The position numbers were made by a program, and so were the translations under genes. Shown one piece after another: positions 1-9,431 of a DNA stretch of 64,000 nucleotides (its first letter is position 1; every line of letters begins with the position of its first letter). Where the stretch lies: assembly GCA_041739675.1 (NCBI GenBank), contig JBGSNL010000003.1, positions 5,846 to 69,845 on the forward strand. The letters run 5' to 3'. Source of the stretch: a bacterium. Lineage in GTDB: Bacteria > UBA10199 > 2-02-FULL-44-16 > DYJF01. The notes beneath the pieces are model-generated. The model was not told the origin of the DNA. It did no database searches and saw only the letters and a list, made by a program, of their open reading frames with translations.

Positions 1-82
1 ATCAGCGAATTCAGGCAGTCGCCCCGAATCGTTGACGGTATCGAAAAATTGGCGGCGATGATACATTCAAAGTAGAGGGATT

Positions 83-1126
83 ATGAAAAAAATACTATTT
101 GTGGCGGTGCTCTTTTTGGCGGCGGGATGCGGAGGCAACAGTAACTTGAACAACGCGCCTGCAACGACATCTATATCAGACATGGAAATCAAGGTTGCGC
201 CCGAATCGATCCGCGTCGGAATGGAGGCCGGCCTATTTGTGAAGGTGACCCTGAGCACAGGTGAACAGATTGAGAATCTGACAAGAAGCTTTGAGGATCC
301 CGACGGCGGCGGGGAGCTCCCCATCGAATGGACAAGCTCTAACGAAGCGGTGGCCCATATAGATGAAGATTCGAAACTCGTTTCGGTGTCGCCGGGTTCC
401 GTTACTATAACGGCCTATTTAATGGGAAAATCGCAGTCGAAAACGGTTCGCATCTTCGATGCATATTCTTCCATCACCCCGTCTGCTGACGAAAGTGTTG
501 CGGAGGAGGAGACAGGCGGGGAGCCGACAGAGCCGCCGGCAATCGGTGAGGATACGCCGTGCACCGGTCACGCCGCCGCCGTAGTATCTTTTTCGCCGGG
601 TACCGGTTCCGGCTACGGGATGGATTCGTTGCCGGGTATCGTCATGGGCCCGCCTCACGGCGCGGGCAACGTCAGAGGTTCCACTCACGTGCTAAGCCTC
701 GGCAGGTTGGGTGAGATCGTTCTGGATTTGGGCGATTGCGCGCTTGTAGACGGGCCGGGCGCCGATCTGATCGTGTTTGAAAATGCATTTTTCATAAGCG
801 GCGATCCGGAAAATCCATATGCGGAGCTGGGCGTTGTGGGTGTAAGCGAAGACGGTGTGGATTTTGTTGAGTTTGCGTGCAGTGCGGACGATTTTCCGTA
901 CACCGGTTGCGCGGGGTGGAACCCCGTTTATTCATCAACATCGAACCGCATAAGCCCGTTCGATATCGCAAACGCAGGTGGGGATCATTTTGATCTGGCC
1001 GATTTGGATATAGGAGTTGCACATTATATAAAGATACGCGATGCCGGCACGGAAGGTTTTGGGACCTCGGTCGGTTTCGATCTGGATGCGATATCTGTCG
1101 TGCACGGCGTAAGGGAGACCCATTGA
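83..1126 (+). CDS. Lipoprotein with a bacterial Ig-like (Big_2) domain and a C-terminal domain of unknown function. First gene of the ABC importer operon.
   Basis: N-terminal MKKILFVAVLFLAAGCGG is a signal peptide with a lipobox. The middle region has a Big_2-like pattern (VSVSPGSVTITAY). Its stop overlaps the next start (ATGA at 1123-1126). Confidence 0.6.
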   Translation: MKKILFVAVLFLAAGCGGNSNLNNAPATTSISDMEIKVAPESIRVGMEAGLFVKVTLSTGEQIENLTRSFEDPDGGGELPIEWTSSNEAVAHIDEDSKLVSVSPGSVTITAYLMGKSQSKTVRIFDAYSSITPSADESVAEEETGGEPTEPPAIGEDTPCTGHAAAVVSFSPGTGSGYGMDSLPGIVMGPPHGAGNVRGSTHVLSLGRLGEIVLDLGDCALVDGPGADLIVFENAFFISGDPENPYAELGVVGVSEDGVDFVEFACSADDFPYTGCAGWNPVYSSTSNRISPFDIANAGGDHFDLADLDIGVAHYIKIRDAGTEGFGTSVGFDLDAISVVHGVRETH

Positions 1127-2121
1127 AACTTCTCACTTTCAAAAGATGGGCGGCGGTGAACGGTCTGCTACTTCTTTTGCTCGCGGGAGTGATCGTTGTC
1201 GGCGTTCTCATAGGCGCGGGCCATATAAATATTACGGATGCGATACGAAATACTGGCGGGCGCGACGGCGCGATACTTTTTTCATCAAGGTTGCCAAGGG
1301 TTCTTTTGGCGGCACTTGTCGGCATGGCCCTGGCCTCATCGGGCGGCGCGTTTCAGGCGTTGCTTAGAAATCCCCTGGCTGATCCCTTCATTCTGGGCGT
1401 TTCGGGCGGCGCGGCACTGGGAAGTGTCGCTGCGGTCGGTCTTCATCTTTCATTCGGTGCCATTTCCGCCGCCGCGTTTATATCGGCACTGCTCACGATT
1501 TTTTTCATCTTCGCCGTCGCAAGGACAAAGGGGAGACTTCCCACTCATACGCTGCTCCTCACTGGTGTCATCTTCAACGCATTTTGTTTTGCGCTCATCC
1601 TATTCATAAATGCGATCGTCACGATGGAACAGGCCTATCAGATAATATTTCTCCTGATCGGAAATCTTGAGGCCACAAATTACAAGACGATCGCGATAGT
1701 GGCTGCGTTTGTCTTGACGGGATTCGTTGCACTCACCGTATTTGCGTCAAAGATGAATGTGCTGACCTTGGGCGATGAACCGGCCTCCCATCTTGGCATC
1801 AATCCCGAAAGGCTCCGCGTGATAATATTCGTGGCGAGCTCGCTCATGGTGGGCGCCGCCGTTGCGGTGTCGGGGCTCGTGGGTTTCGTGGGACTTTTCA
1901 TCCCGCACATAATCCGCCTCATCTTCGGGCCCGACCACAGGCTTCTTATTCCGGCATCCGGTTTGTTGGGCGCCGCGTTTCTTGTTGCGTCGGACACGGC
2001 GGCGAGGACGATTCTCATGAACACAAGTTACGCAACGGAACTGCCGGTCGGCGTCATAACGGCTTTGATAGGCGCGCCGGCTTTTGTCTTCCTCTTAAAG
2101 AAACAGCAGAGAGCCATATAA
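1123..2121 (+). CDS. ABC transporter permease of the FecCD/BtuC family (iron-siderophore/cobalamin type)
   Basis: Polytopic membrane protein with the FecCD-family motif FILGVSGGAALG and a Gly/Ala-rich TM core. Translationally coupled to the flanking genes. Confidence 0.8.
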   Translation: MKLLTFKRWAAVNGLLLLLLAGVIVVGVLIGAGHINITDAIRNTGGRDGAILFSSRLPRVLLAALVGMALASSGGAFQALLRNPLADPFILGVSGGAALGSVAAVGLHLSFGAISAAAFISALLTIFFIFAVARTKGRLPTHTLLLTGVIFNAFCFALILFINAIVTMEQAYQIIFLLIGNLEATNYKTIAIVAAFVLTGFVALTVFASKMNVLTLGDEPASHLGINPERLRVIIFVASSLMVGAAVAVSGLVGFVGLFIPHIIRLIFGPDHRLLIPASGLLGAAFLVASDTAARTILMNTSYATELPVGVITALIGAPAFVFLLKKQQRAI

Positions 2122-2122
2122 A

Positions 2123-2902
2123 ATGATAGAGCTTCAAAACATATCCTTTTCGTACGATGACGGTCCGCATGCCTTGAGAGGTATCTCTCTAAAAGTAGGC
2201 AAGGGGGAGTTTGTGGGAATTCTGGGGCCGAACGGTTCGGGAAAAACCACACTTTTAAAAATCATCTCCGGTATACTTAAGGCCCAGCGGGGCGCGCTTT
2301 TTCTGGAGGGAAGACCGTTCGAAAAGGTGCAACACAAGAATCGCGCAAAATTTATTGCCGTTGTCCCGCAGGAGACCTCCATTCCGTTTTCCTTTTCGGC
2401 GGTTGAAGTCGTTCTGATGGGTCGGGCGCCGTATCTTAAGCCGTTCGGATTCGAGACGAAAGCAGACATTGTCATCGCGAAAAACGCAATGTCGGCTACC
2501 GATGTCTCGCATCTGTCCGAGAGAAATATTCAGGAGCTATCGGGCGGTGAAAAGCAGAGGGTGATAGTAGCCCGGGCGTTGGCGCAGGAGCCGCAACTTC
2601 TTCTTCTGGACGAGCCGACGACTTTTCTGGATATCAAACATCAGATGGAGCTTTACCGTTTGGTCAAAAAAAGAAACGAAGAGGACGGGCTGACGGTGAT
2701 AACGGTGCTGCATGACATCAATCTTGCGTCAACTTTCTGCGACAGGATAATATTTTTGAAGCAGGGGCAAATTGTCGCCGACGGCACGCCCCATGACGTG
2801 ATAAAGTACGCAAAGATAAAAGAAGTCTTTGATACCGAAGTTTATGTTGGTATAAACGATCTGACCGGAATGCCGTATTACGTGCCGTTTGCAAATAAAT
2901 GA
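2123..2902 (+). CDS. ABC transporter ATP-binding protein (FecE/BtuD-like)
   Basis: Walker A GPNGSGKTT, ABC signature LSGGEKQRV, Walker B LLLLDEPT. Confidence 0.85.
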   Translation: MIELQNISFSYDDGPHALRGISLKVGKGEFVGILGPNGSGKTTLLKIISGILKAQRGALFLEGRPFEKVQHKNRAKFIAVVPQETSIPFSFSAVEVVLMGRAPYLKPFGFETKADIVIAKNAMSATDVSHLSERNIQELSGGEKQRVIVARALAQEPQLLLLDEPTTFLDIKHQMELYRLVKKRNEEDGLTVITVLHDINLASTFCDRIIFLKQGQIVADGTPHDVIKYAKIKEVFDTEVYVGINDLTGMPYYVPFANK

Positions 2903-3477
2903 AGAAGACACTGAAAATCGCCATATTTGTTTCCGTTACCGTCCATGCCGCCGCCTTTCTGGGGATCGCAGGGTGGTCTCTCATTTCAGTCGCCGGTATC
3001 GGGGGCGGGGAGGGGATGGTGGAGGTGGGGATTGTAGGCAGCGAAGGCGTAAAAGCACAGGCGTTGCCAGTGCGCACGTCACTCCGCAATTCTATGACGA
3101 CGGATAAAGTGTCCGAAGCTTTGTCGGAGCCGAAAAGCGATTATATCGACGGTCATGGTGGCGGCGGAGGAACAGGCGGCGGCGACGGTGGAACGGGATT
3201 CGGCGTCGGCGATCCCAGGCTCACGCAAATCTGGAAAAAGATAAACCGCGCAAAATATTATCCCGAAATGGCAAGAAGGGACGGTGCAGAAGGAGCGCCC
3301 AAAATTGCTTTTTCAATTTCCGAAGACGGCAAAGTCGGCGGTGTGAAGATCGTTCAGTCATCAGGAAACGAAGTTTTGGACAATGCGGCTATAGAGGCAA
3401 TTCAAAACAGCGCCCCACTCCCGTTCTATCCCCAACCCATCACGATAGCCGTTCGCTATTCACTCAAGGATCACTAA
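2899..3477 (+). CDS. TonB C-terminal domain protein (energy transducer TonB-like)
   Basis: N-terminal TM anchor, a Gly-rich spacer (GGGGGTGGGDGG) and a C-terminal TonB-like segment (KYYPEMARRDGAEGAPKIAFSISEDGKV...AIEAIQNSAPLP). Start overlaps the stop of the ATPase gene. Confidence 0.7.
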   Translation: MKKTLKIAIFVSVTVHAAAFLGIAGWSLISVAGIGGGEGMVEVGIVGSEGVKAQALPVRTSLRNSMTTDKVSEALSEPKSDYIDGHGGGGGTGGGDGGTGFGVGDPRLTQIWKKINRAKYYPEMARRDGAEGAPKIAFSISEDGKVGGVKIVQSSGNEVLDNAAIEAIQNSAPLPFYPQPITIAVRYSLKDH

Positions 3478-3538
3478 GTTCTCAGTAGGCATACATTCAG
3501 CGCAGCTCCAAACCCCACTTCCCCGAAAGAAAATTTGA

Positions 3539-4486
3539 CTACTGGTACTTCTTCGCTTCTTCGGGCTGGCCCATTTTGGCATATCCAAAGAAAAGTAGCT
3601 TTTTGATCGTGTCTGTCTGGTTCTTCTGCCAGATTGGCAAAAGTTCACGCACCATGTCAGCGGTCATCTTGAATCTATAGTAGAGCTGCGCCGTCAAGAA
3701 TTTCTTTCCCTCTTCGGAGATGGAAAGTGCTTGAACCTTCGCCTTGTCCTCATTCAATTTCTTTTGTGCGGCCTCAGAAAGTACGCTGAAATTAAAGCGC
3801 CGGCTCTGCCCAGACATCTTTCCGTTTTGATTGGATGCGAAATACCAGCTGTAAGCCTTTCCGGGTGCCAGCTTGAGTTCAGATGCTTTGATTGCGATAC
3901 GGTTATTTGCAGGGGCGATTTTCTTATACGTGATCCGCTTCTTCGACGCATCGTCGACCACGATCACGGGATTTGCAAAATTTAACGGAATACGCTGGCT
4001 CCATAAGAATGTGATTTCGGGAGTCGACTCAATTGCCGTTTCGACAGGGTAGATAGCCTCGGGTCCCATTGTGCCTATTCCCGCAAGTGTCGGCTTCGGC
4101 TGGTTCACGCCCGGCTTGGTCATCTTTACCATACCGTGCACCGTGGGTCCTGCGCCGCCGGCTGCAACCTCGTTCATGGCAAGTGAGATGCCGTCGATCA
4201 TTGTTTTCTTGCCGGCAGGTTTTTCAGCCGCGCCTACCGTATATTTCTCGCCGGAGCCGATTTCCTGAATTGAGCCGTCCATGAGCATCACCGATGCGGA
4301 TGCGCCCGATGCAACGCTAACGCTTGTGCCATCCGGCAGCTCGGCGCCTATCTTCGCGGAGACATTTTGCCCGCCAGGCGCCGCTACGGAAACTTTTCCC
4401 TTTGCGTCCACAATGACGCCCGATGCAAAAACCGGTACTGAAAATGCCATTGCGCACATCACGACCGCAAATTTAAATATTTTCAT
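3539..4486 (-). CDS. Secreted FecR-domain protein
   Basis: Signal peptide MKIFKFAVVMCAMAFSVPVFA. FecR-domain-like pattern KGKVSV..G..V.AKIGAELPDGTSVSVASGASASVMLMDGSIQEIGSGEKYTV. Lies immediately 3' of the CHASE2 cyclase gene, which ends 12 nt upstream; this pairing is commonly seen. Confidence 0.6.
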   Translation of the reverse strand: MKIFKFAVVMCAMAFSVPVFASGVIVDAKGKVSVAAPGGQNVSAKIGAELPDGTSVSVASGASASVMLMDGSIQEIGSGEKYTVGAAEKPAGKKTMIDGISLAMNEVAAGGAGPTVHGMVKMTKPGVNQPKPTLAGIGTMGPEAIYPVETAIESTPEITFLWSQRIPLNFANPVIVVDDASKKRITYKKIAPANNRIAIKASELKLAPGKAYSWYFASNQNGKMSGQSRRFNFSVLSEAAQKKLNEDKAKVQALSISEEGKKFLTAQLYYRFKMTADMVRELLPIWQKNQTDTIKKLLFFGYAKMGQPEEAKKYQ

Positions 4487-4498
4487 AAATCCCCTCCA

Positions 4499-6577
4499 TT
4501 ATTTTGAAACAAGTTCAGTAACAAGATCCCACGCGGGATTCTCGCGCGCCTTTGCGCATCTTGCAAGGAGTTCTCTAGATGGGCCGTCCTCCATGTAGAT
4601 CCGCAAAAGTTCCCGTAAGATAGGCTCTGCCTCGTCAAAGGAGCGCTCTTCGAATTTCGCGAATGCGCTGGCGAATTCATCCGCGATGCGCCTTGAAGGT
4701 TCGAAATCGGGATCGTCTGCGGGCCCCATCACCTCATAGAGGAGCACCGCATCCGATTTCCCCTTCACACGCACACGATCGAGCGGACGGATGATGACCG
4801 ATTTGTCTATGGCCTTGGCCGTGCGCTCGGATACCATGACGCGCGTACCGTAAAACTTGTTGGCCCCTTCTAGGCGGCTGGCAAGATTGACCGTGTCGCC
4901 GATCGCAGTGTAATCGAAACGCGATTCGGAACCCATGTTGCCCACCACCGCTTCGCCGGTATTTATTCCAACGCGCGTCAGGATCGGCCGTCCGCAGATC
5001 GATTCCCATCTGCTCGTTATCTCATTGCTTGCGTTTTGAATTTCGATGGCCGAACGGACTGCGGCCATTTCATGATCCGAAACATCCAGGGGCGCGTTAA
5101 AGAATGCGATGACCGCGTCACCTTCGTACTTGTCTATCGTGCCGCCGTGGCGGAAGAGTATTTCGTTCATCCGGCTCAAATATTCATTCAGGAATTTCAC
5201 TAGGAGATCGGGATTGAGACGTTCCGATATCGAAGTGAACGATGCGATATCCGTGAATAGCGACGTGATCGTTCTTTTCTCTCCGCCAAGTTTCACGAGC
5301 TCGGGATTTTCGATTAACCGCGCAACGACGGTGGGCGGAACATATTGCGCAAATGTCTGCTTGATCCATTTTCGTTGTCTTCCTTCGGTTATGGCCTTCC
5401 ATCCGATGCCGAGGCCGAAGCCCGTGACCACTCCCAGTCCGGGAATGACAACGGGAACGACAATCGCCCACCTTCTGAAGAACAAGACCGCGCATCCGAT
5501 GAGCGCGCCCAACGTTAAAAGAAAAATGAAGCTCGATTTGAAAGGTGAATAAGAGGAAGCCGCGGCCGCCACTAATATAATGATAAGGGCGGCCAGGATC
5601 CAAAGCTGTCTCGGCTCAAAAGTATAATAAAATTGGGAAGTTAGAAGATTTGAGAGGATGTTTGAGTGGATCTCCACTCCGTTCATCCGGGCGTAGCCGG
5701 TAAATTTTGCGAAATATGGCGTCAGGTAAGCGTCTTGAAGGTCTTCATATGCGGCGCCGACGAGTATGATTTTTCCCTTGAGCCAGTCGGCTGGAACGAG
5801 TCCCTTGGCAAGGAGCTGGGCCGAAAAGATTTTGAACGTGTTTGATGTGCCTCCGATTTTTGAAGGGGGGCCGGCAAATCTTATGAACGTCTCGCCTGTC
5901 GGTTTTGCGAAAGGTGTGAGTTTCAAAGAACCGAGCTGCGGCCAGTTGGAGTCATCGGATATTGTGCCTGCAGCCGACTTACCCGTCGCCTTTTCGAAAA
6001 TGAGCGCTGCAAACGAAGGGGTTTTGCCGAGATCGGTAGAAAAATTGTATTTCGCATAACGCACTACGGAGTCGAACGGATTGAAAGGTAGATCGGCGAG
6101 CCCCAGCCCGTCTATCGTCTCGCGGAAGAGCGGCAACGGAAGATCGGCGCATCCGTCTGTGCCCGATTTTCCCGCGGCGCAACCGCCCATGCGCATCGGC
6201 ATCACTGCATAGACCTGCCCTTGGCTGAAACTTGCGGCAAGCGCGTTATCATAATCGGAATAGGACGGGTCCTTGAGAAAAATGTCATACGCGATGAGTT
6301 TGGGCTCCGCCTCAAGGAGTTTGTTATTGAGTTCGGTCAGGAAATCTCTGGGAACCGGCGAGCGGTAGGGAAGCTCCGCCATCGTTTTCTCGTCCAGCCA
6401 GATCATCACGATGTCGGGAGAGGCTTTTGTTTCAGGAGCGAATGCGATTTGCCGCAAATCAAAAGTCGTGGCCTCAAGACTTTCAATTATCTTCAAATGC
6501 GACAGCCCCCATACAATCCCAAACGCCACAAACGAGATCAGCGCCACGGAGACAAATTGTGCAAAACTTTTTTTCAT
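4499..6577 (-). CDS. Class III adenylate/guanylate cyclase with a periplasmic CHASE2 sensor domain
   Basis: N-terminal TM segment, a long extracytoplasmic region, a TM cluster, then a class III cyclase catalytic core (FTDIASFTSISERL...GDAVIAFFNAP...GINTGEAVVGNMGS). Confidence 0.8.
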   Translation of the reverse strand: MKKSFAQFVSVALISFVAFGIVWGLSHLKIIESLEATTFDLRQIAFAPETKASPDIVMIWLDEKTMAELPYRSPVPRDFLTELNNKLLEAEPKLIAYDIFLKDPSYSDYDNALAASFSQGQVYAVMPMRMGGCAAGKSGTDGCADLPLPLFRETIDGLGLADLPFNPFDSVVRYAKYNFSTDLGKTPSFAALIFEKATGKSAAGTISDDSNWPQLGSLKLTPFAKPTGETFIRFAGPPSKIGGTSNTFKIFSAQLLAKGLVPADWLKGKIILVGAAYEDLQDAYLTPYFAKFTGYARMNGVEIHSNILSNLLTSQFYYTFEPRQLWILAALIIILVAAAASSYSPFKSSFIFLLTLGALIGCAVLFFRRWAIVVPVVIPGLGVVTGFGLGIGWKAITEGRQRKWIKQTFAQYVPPTVVARLIENPELVKLGGEKRTITSLFTDIASFTSISERLNPDLLVKFLNEYLSRMNEILFRHGGTIDKYEGDAVIAFFNAPLDVSDHEMAAVRSAIEIQNASNEITSRWESICGRPILTRVGINTGEAVVGNMGSESRFDYTAIGDTVNLASRLEGANKFYGTRVMVSERTAKAIDKSVIIRPLDRVRVKGKSDAVLLYEVMGPADDPDFEPSRRIADEFASAFAKFEERSFDEAEPILRELLRIYMEDGPSRELLARCAKARENPAWDLVTELVSK

Positions 6578-6601
6578 GATTTCGTGGAATGGCGAGGCGT
6601 A

Positions 6602-6732
6602 GGAGCTGAGGTGTCATGGGGCGTCTCGGAGGCGATTGCATCTATGGATATAATGCTGCAATCGCCGAGAGACGAGGTGCGTTTTTGGGCCGTAACCCAA
6701 AAACGACGCCGTACCCATGACACCTCAGCTCC
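6602..6732. repeat. Nested inverted-repeat element. A perfect 19 bp outer stem encloses two inner hairpins. Candidate structured RNA, terminator or REP/MITE-like element.
   Basis: GGAGCTGAGGTGTCATGGG (6602-6620) is the exact reverse complement of CCCATGACACCTCAGCTCC (6714-6732). Inner hairpin 1: GGCGATTGCA / TGCAATCGCC (6631-6640 / 6657-6666), extended by CGTCTC / GAGACG. Inner hairpin 2: GTTTTTGGG / CCCAAAAAC (6681-6689 / 6696-6704). Confidence 0.6.
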
Positions 6733-6751
6733 GAAAGCCTCGCCCGTCGAT

Positions 6752-7909
6752 TTAAACATCATAACACCCTATCGCGCGCGAGATGACTATGCGCTGTATC
6801 TCGCTTGTGCCTTCGCCTATTTCTAAAAGTTTCTGGTCGCGGTAGAACCTCTCGATTTTGTATTCCTGCATGAGGCCGTAACCGCCGTGGAGCTGGACCG
6901 CGTGGTTCACGACGCGGTACATGACCTCCGAGCAGTAGAGCTTGGCCATCGCAGCCTCTTTTGAATAGGGTTTTTCATTGTCTTTCAGCCAGCAGGCCTT
7001 GTAGAGAAGGGAGCGCGCCGCTTCGATCTCGACTGCGCAGTCGGCCAGTTTGAACGCGTTGACCTGGAAAGTTGAAATGGGTTTTCCGAACTGCTTGCGT
7101 TCTTTCGCGTATTTCATGCCGAGCTCGAACGCACCCTGCGCGCCGCCCAACCCCATTGCCGCGATTGAGAGCCTTCCGGCGTCCAGTGTGTCCAACATCT
7201 GATGAAAACCCTCGTCGCGGTTGCCCAAAATGTGATCTTCCGGAACCTCAACGTTGTCGAAATAGAGTTCCGCGGTGTTTGAGGAGCGCCACACCATTTT
7301 ATTTTTCATAGCGCGTCTTGTGAATCCCTTGGAGTTGGACTCAACAATGATGCAGGAAAGTTCCTTTCTTCCGTCCGATCTCTTTCCGGTTGCCGCCTGA
7401 ACCGTGACGCCGGCAGTTATTTCCGTGGCGGCGTTCGTTATAAAGATTTTCGCGCCGTTGATTATCCATTTTCCGCCTTTGAGCTCAGCCGTGGTTTTTG
7501 TGGCGGCCGCATCGGAGCCGGCATCGGGTTCGGTTAGCCCGAAGCCCCAGAGTTTTTTGCCGGTGCAAAGTTCAGGCAGATATTTTTTCTTCTGTTTGTC
7601 GTTTCCAAATTTATAAAGAGGACCGATGCCAAGGGAATTTCCCGCGGCCACGGTTGCCGCCTGCGACCCGTCGATACGGGCCAGCTCCTCAACGAGGATG
7701 ATATACGAAAGATAGTCCATCCCCTGACCGCCGTATTTGGGATCGACCGTTATGCCGAAAAATCCCATCTCCCCCATTTTTTTAGTGATGTCGTAGGAGA
7801 ACTCCTCTTTGCGGTCTAACTCCTCCACTTTAGGAGCGATCTCCCCCTCAGCAAAATCGCGAACAGATTTTCTCAAAAGTTCCTGCTCCGGTAATAAATT
7901 GAAATCCAT
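6752..7909 (-). CDS. Acyl-CoA dehydrogenase (short/medium-chain type)
   Basis: Full-length ACAD architecture. N-terminus MDFNLLPEQELLRKSVRDFAEGEIAP and C-terminal YRDQKLLEIGEGTSEIQR motif. Confidence 0.85.
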   Translation of the reverse strand: MDFNLLPEQELLRKSVRDFAEGEIAPKVEELDRKEEFSYDITKKMGEMGFFGITVDPKYGGQGMDYLSYIILVEELARIDGSQAATVAAGNSLGIGPLYKFGNDKQKKKYLPELCTGKKLWGFGLTEPDAGSDAAATKTTAELKGGKWIINGAKIFITNAATEITAGVTVQAATGKRSDGRKELSCIIVESNSKGFTRRAMKNKMVWRSSNTAELYFDNVEVPEDHILGNRDEGFHQMLDTLDAGRLSIAAMGLGGAQGAFELGMKYAKERKQFGKPISTFQVNAFKLADCAVEIEAARSLLYKACWLKDNEKPYSKEAAMAKLYCSEVMYRVVNHAVQLHGGYGLMQEYKIERFYRDQKLLEIGEGTSEIQRIVISRAIGCYDV

Positions 7910-7917
7910 TTGCCCTC

Positions 7918-9354
7918 CTATGACGCTTCGAAAATATTTCCCCGCCCCAATATCCAGTTAGGATCGTACTGTTTTTTCCAGTCTTTCATCTTTTGTATGA
8001 CGCTCGCATTGTATTGTATAGGCATCAGGTTCGTGTGGATTTTTCCGATGCCGTGCTCGCCCGCGACCCCACCACCCAACTCCACCGCTTTTCTGCAACA
8101 ACGGATGAGCACATCTTCCGCAAGTTTCCACTCTTCGGGGGTTTTGGCAAATATATTTGTGTGCGGATGGCCCCTGCCAAGATGGGCATAGGCTATATAA
8201 GGAAGGTCGACGGCCGCAGCTTCCTTATAAAAGAAATTCATCATCTGGATGAGCCTTTCAACCGGCACCCACCAATCGCTCCCCACCTTGCCGCCATTAA
8301 CCTGCCAGTATTTTCGCCCCTCCTCGTTCGCCCACTCCGGTATCCGGTGGCGCCAGAGGCGGAAGTTCTCTTTTTGCCTTGGGGTATCGGCGACTATTAT
8401 CGAATCGGCAAATTTTTGAGGGATGGCGGAGGCTATTTTTTTGTACAATTTATCAAGCGCCGCGTCCTTTCCTTTTTCGTACTCTTCCTTGAAATATAGA
8501 AGGGCCTGTGTCCCTTCAGGAAATTGTGCGACACCCTCGGCAGTTTTCATGGCGCTCAAGGCGCCGCGGTCGATATATTCCAGCGTGCGTATCGAAGGCG
8601 TTCTATTTTTTACCATATCCACCAGGCATTCAAGTGCTGCCGTCTCCGAAGGGAAGGGTATGAGGGCAGAAAAAAATTCGGGAGACTTTGGAAGAAGTCG
8701 GAGTGTCACATCTGCGATAAATCCCAGAGTCCCCTCCGATCCTATGAAGAGATCGATCGGGTTTTTCCAGCCGGTGAAATAGCCGCCGCGGTTATGTGCG
8801 TCGGAAGGGATCTCGCCCGGTTCCCGTTTCAGTATCTTCTCGGATCCGTCCGCAAGAAAAACGCGTATGCTCTCGACATAACGCCTTATGGGGCCGTATT
8901 TGAAAGAATCCTCGCCGGTGGCGTTCGTCGAAATGTTGGCCCCGACGCGGCATTCGTCGCGCGAGGTGGGCGCAACCGGATAGAAAAAGCCGGCCTCGTC
9001 TATTTTTTTCTGCGCGTCGGCGACAATCGTTCCCGGGCGGATCGTCGCAGTGGGTTTGTCGTGCGCGGCGTCCACAGCCACTACGCCTTCAAGCTTTTCA
9101 GTGCTGATGAGAAGGCCCTCCATGGCGACGGAGGAACCTGTCATGGAGGTCTGCGACGCGCAAAAAGTTACCGGTATGCGGTTTTCGTTGCAGAAACGGA
9201 GCGCCTCTTTAACTTCCTTTTCGTCGCGCGCGCGCATCACTGCGTCGGGGTCGCCCGTCATCATCGTATCTTCAAGATAGGTCTCGATGCGCTCGTCCCC
9301 TTTGAAGATGAGATCGGGCGACCCTGGAATTCGGCTGAAGATTTTCTTGTCCAT
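7918..9354 (-). CDS. FAD-linked oxidase (GlcD/D-lactate dehydrogenase family, FAD_binding_4)
   Basis: Length and N-terminal FAD-binding-domain pattern (IPVTFCASQTSMTGSSV...) fit the FAD_binding_4 fold. The C-terminal HGIGKIH-type segment fits the FAD-linked oxidase C-terminal domain. Confidence 0.7.
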   Translation of the reverse strand: MDKKIFSRIPGSPDLIFKGDERIETYLEDTMMTGDPDAVMRARDEKEVKEALRFCNENRIPVTFCASQTSMTGSSVAMEGLLISTEKLEGVVAVDAAHDKPTATIRPGTIVADAQKKIDEAGFFYPVAPTSRDECRVGANISTNATGEDSFKYGPIRRYVESIRVFLADGSEKILKREPGEIPSDAHNRGGYFTGWKNPIDLFIGSEGTLGFIADVTLRLLPKSPEFFSALIPFPSETAALECLVDMVKNRTPSIRTLEYIDRGALSAMKTAEGVAQFPEGTQALLYFKEEYEKGKDAALDKLYKKIASAIPQKFADSIIVADTPRQKENFRLWRHRIPEWANEEGRKYWQVNGGKVGSDWWVPVERLIQMMNFFYKEAAAVDLPYIAYAHLGRGHPHTNIFAKTPEEWKLAEDVLIRCCRKAVELGGGVAGEHGIGKIHTNLMPIQYNASVIQKMKDWKKQYDPNWILGRGNIFEAS

Positions 9355-9431
9355 CGTTGAGGGTTTTCTATTTTATATCCCTCTTGTATTCAACTCAAAA
9401 ATGTTGGAAAATCAGCTCATTGGAGGTCTCT

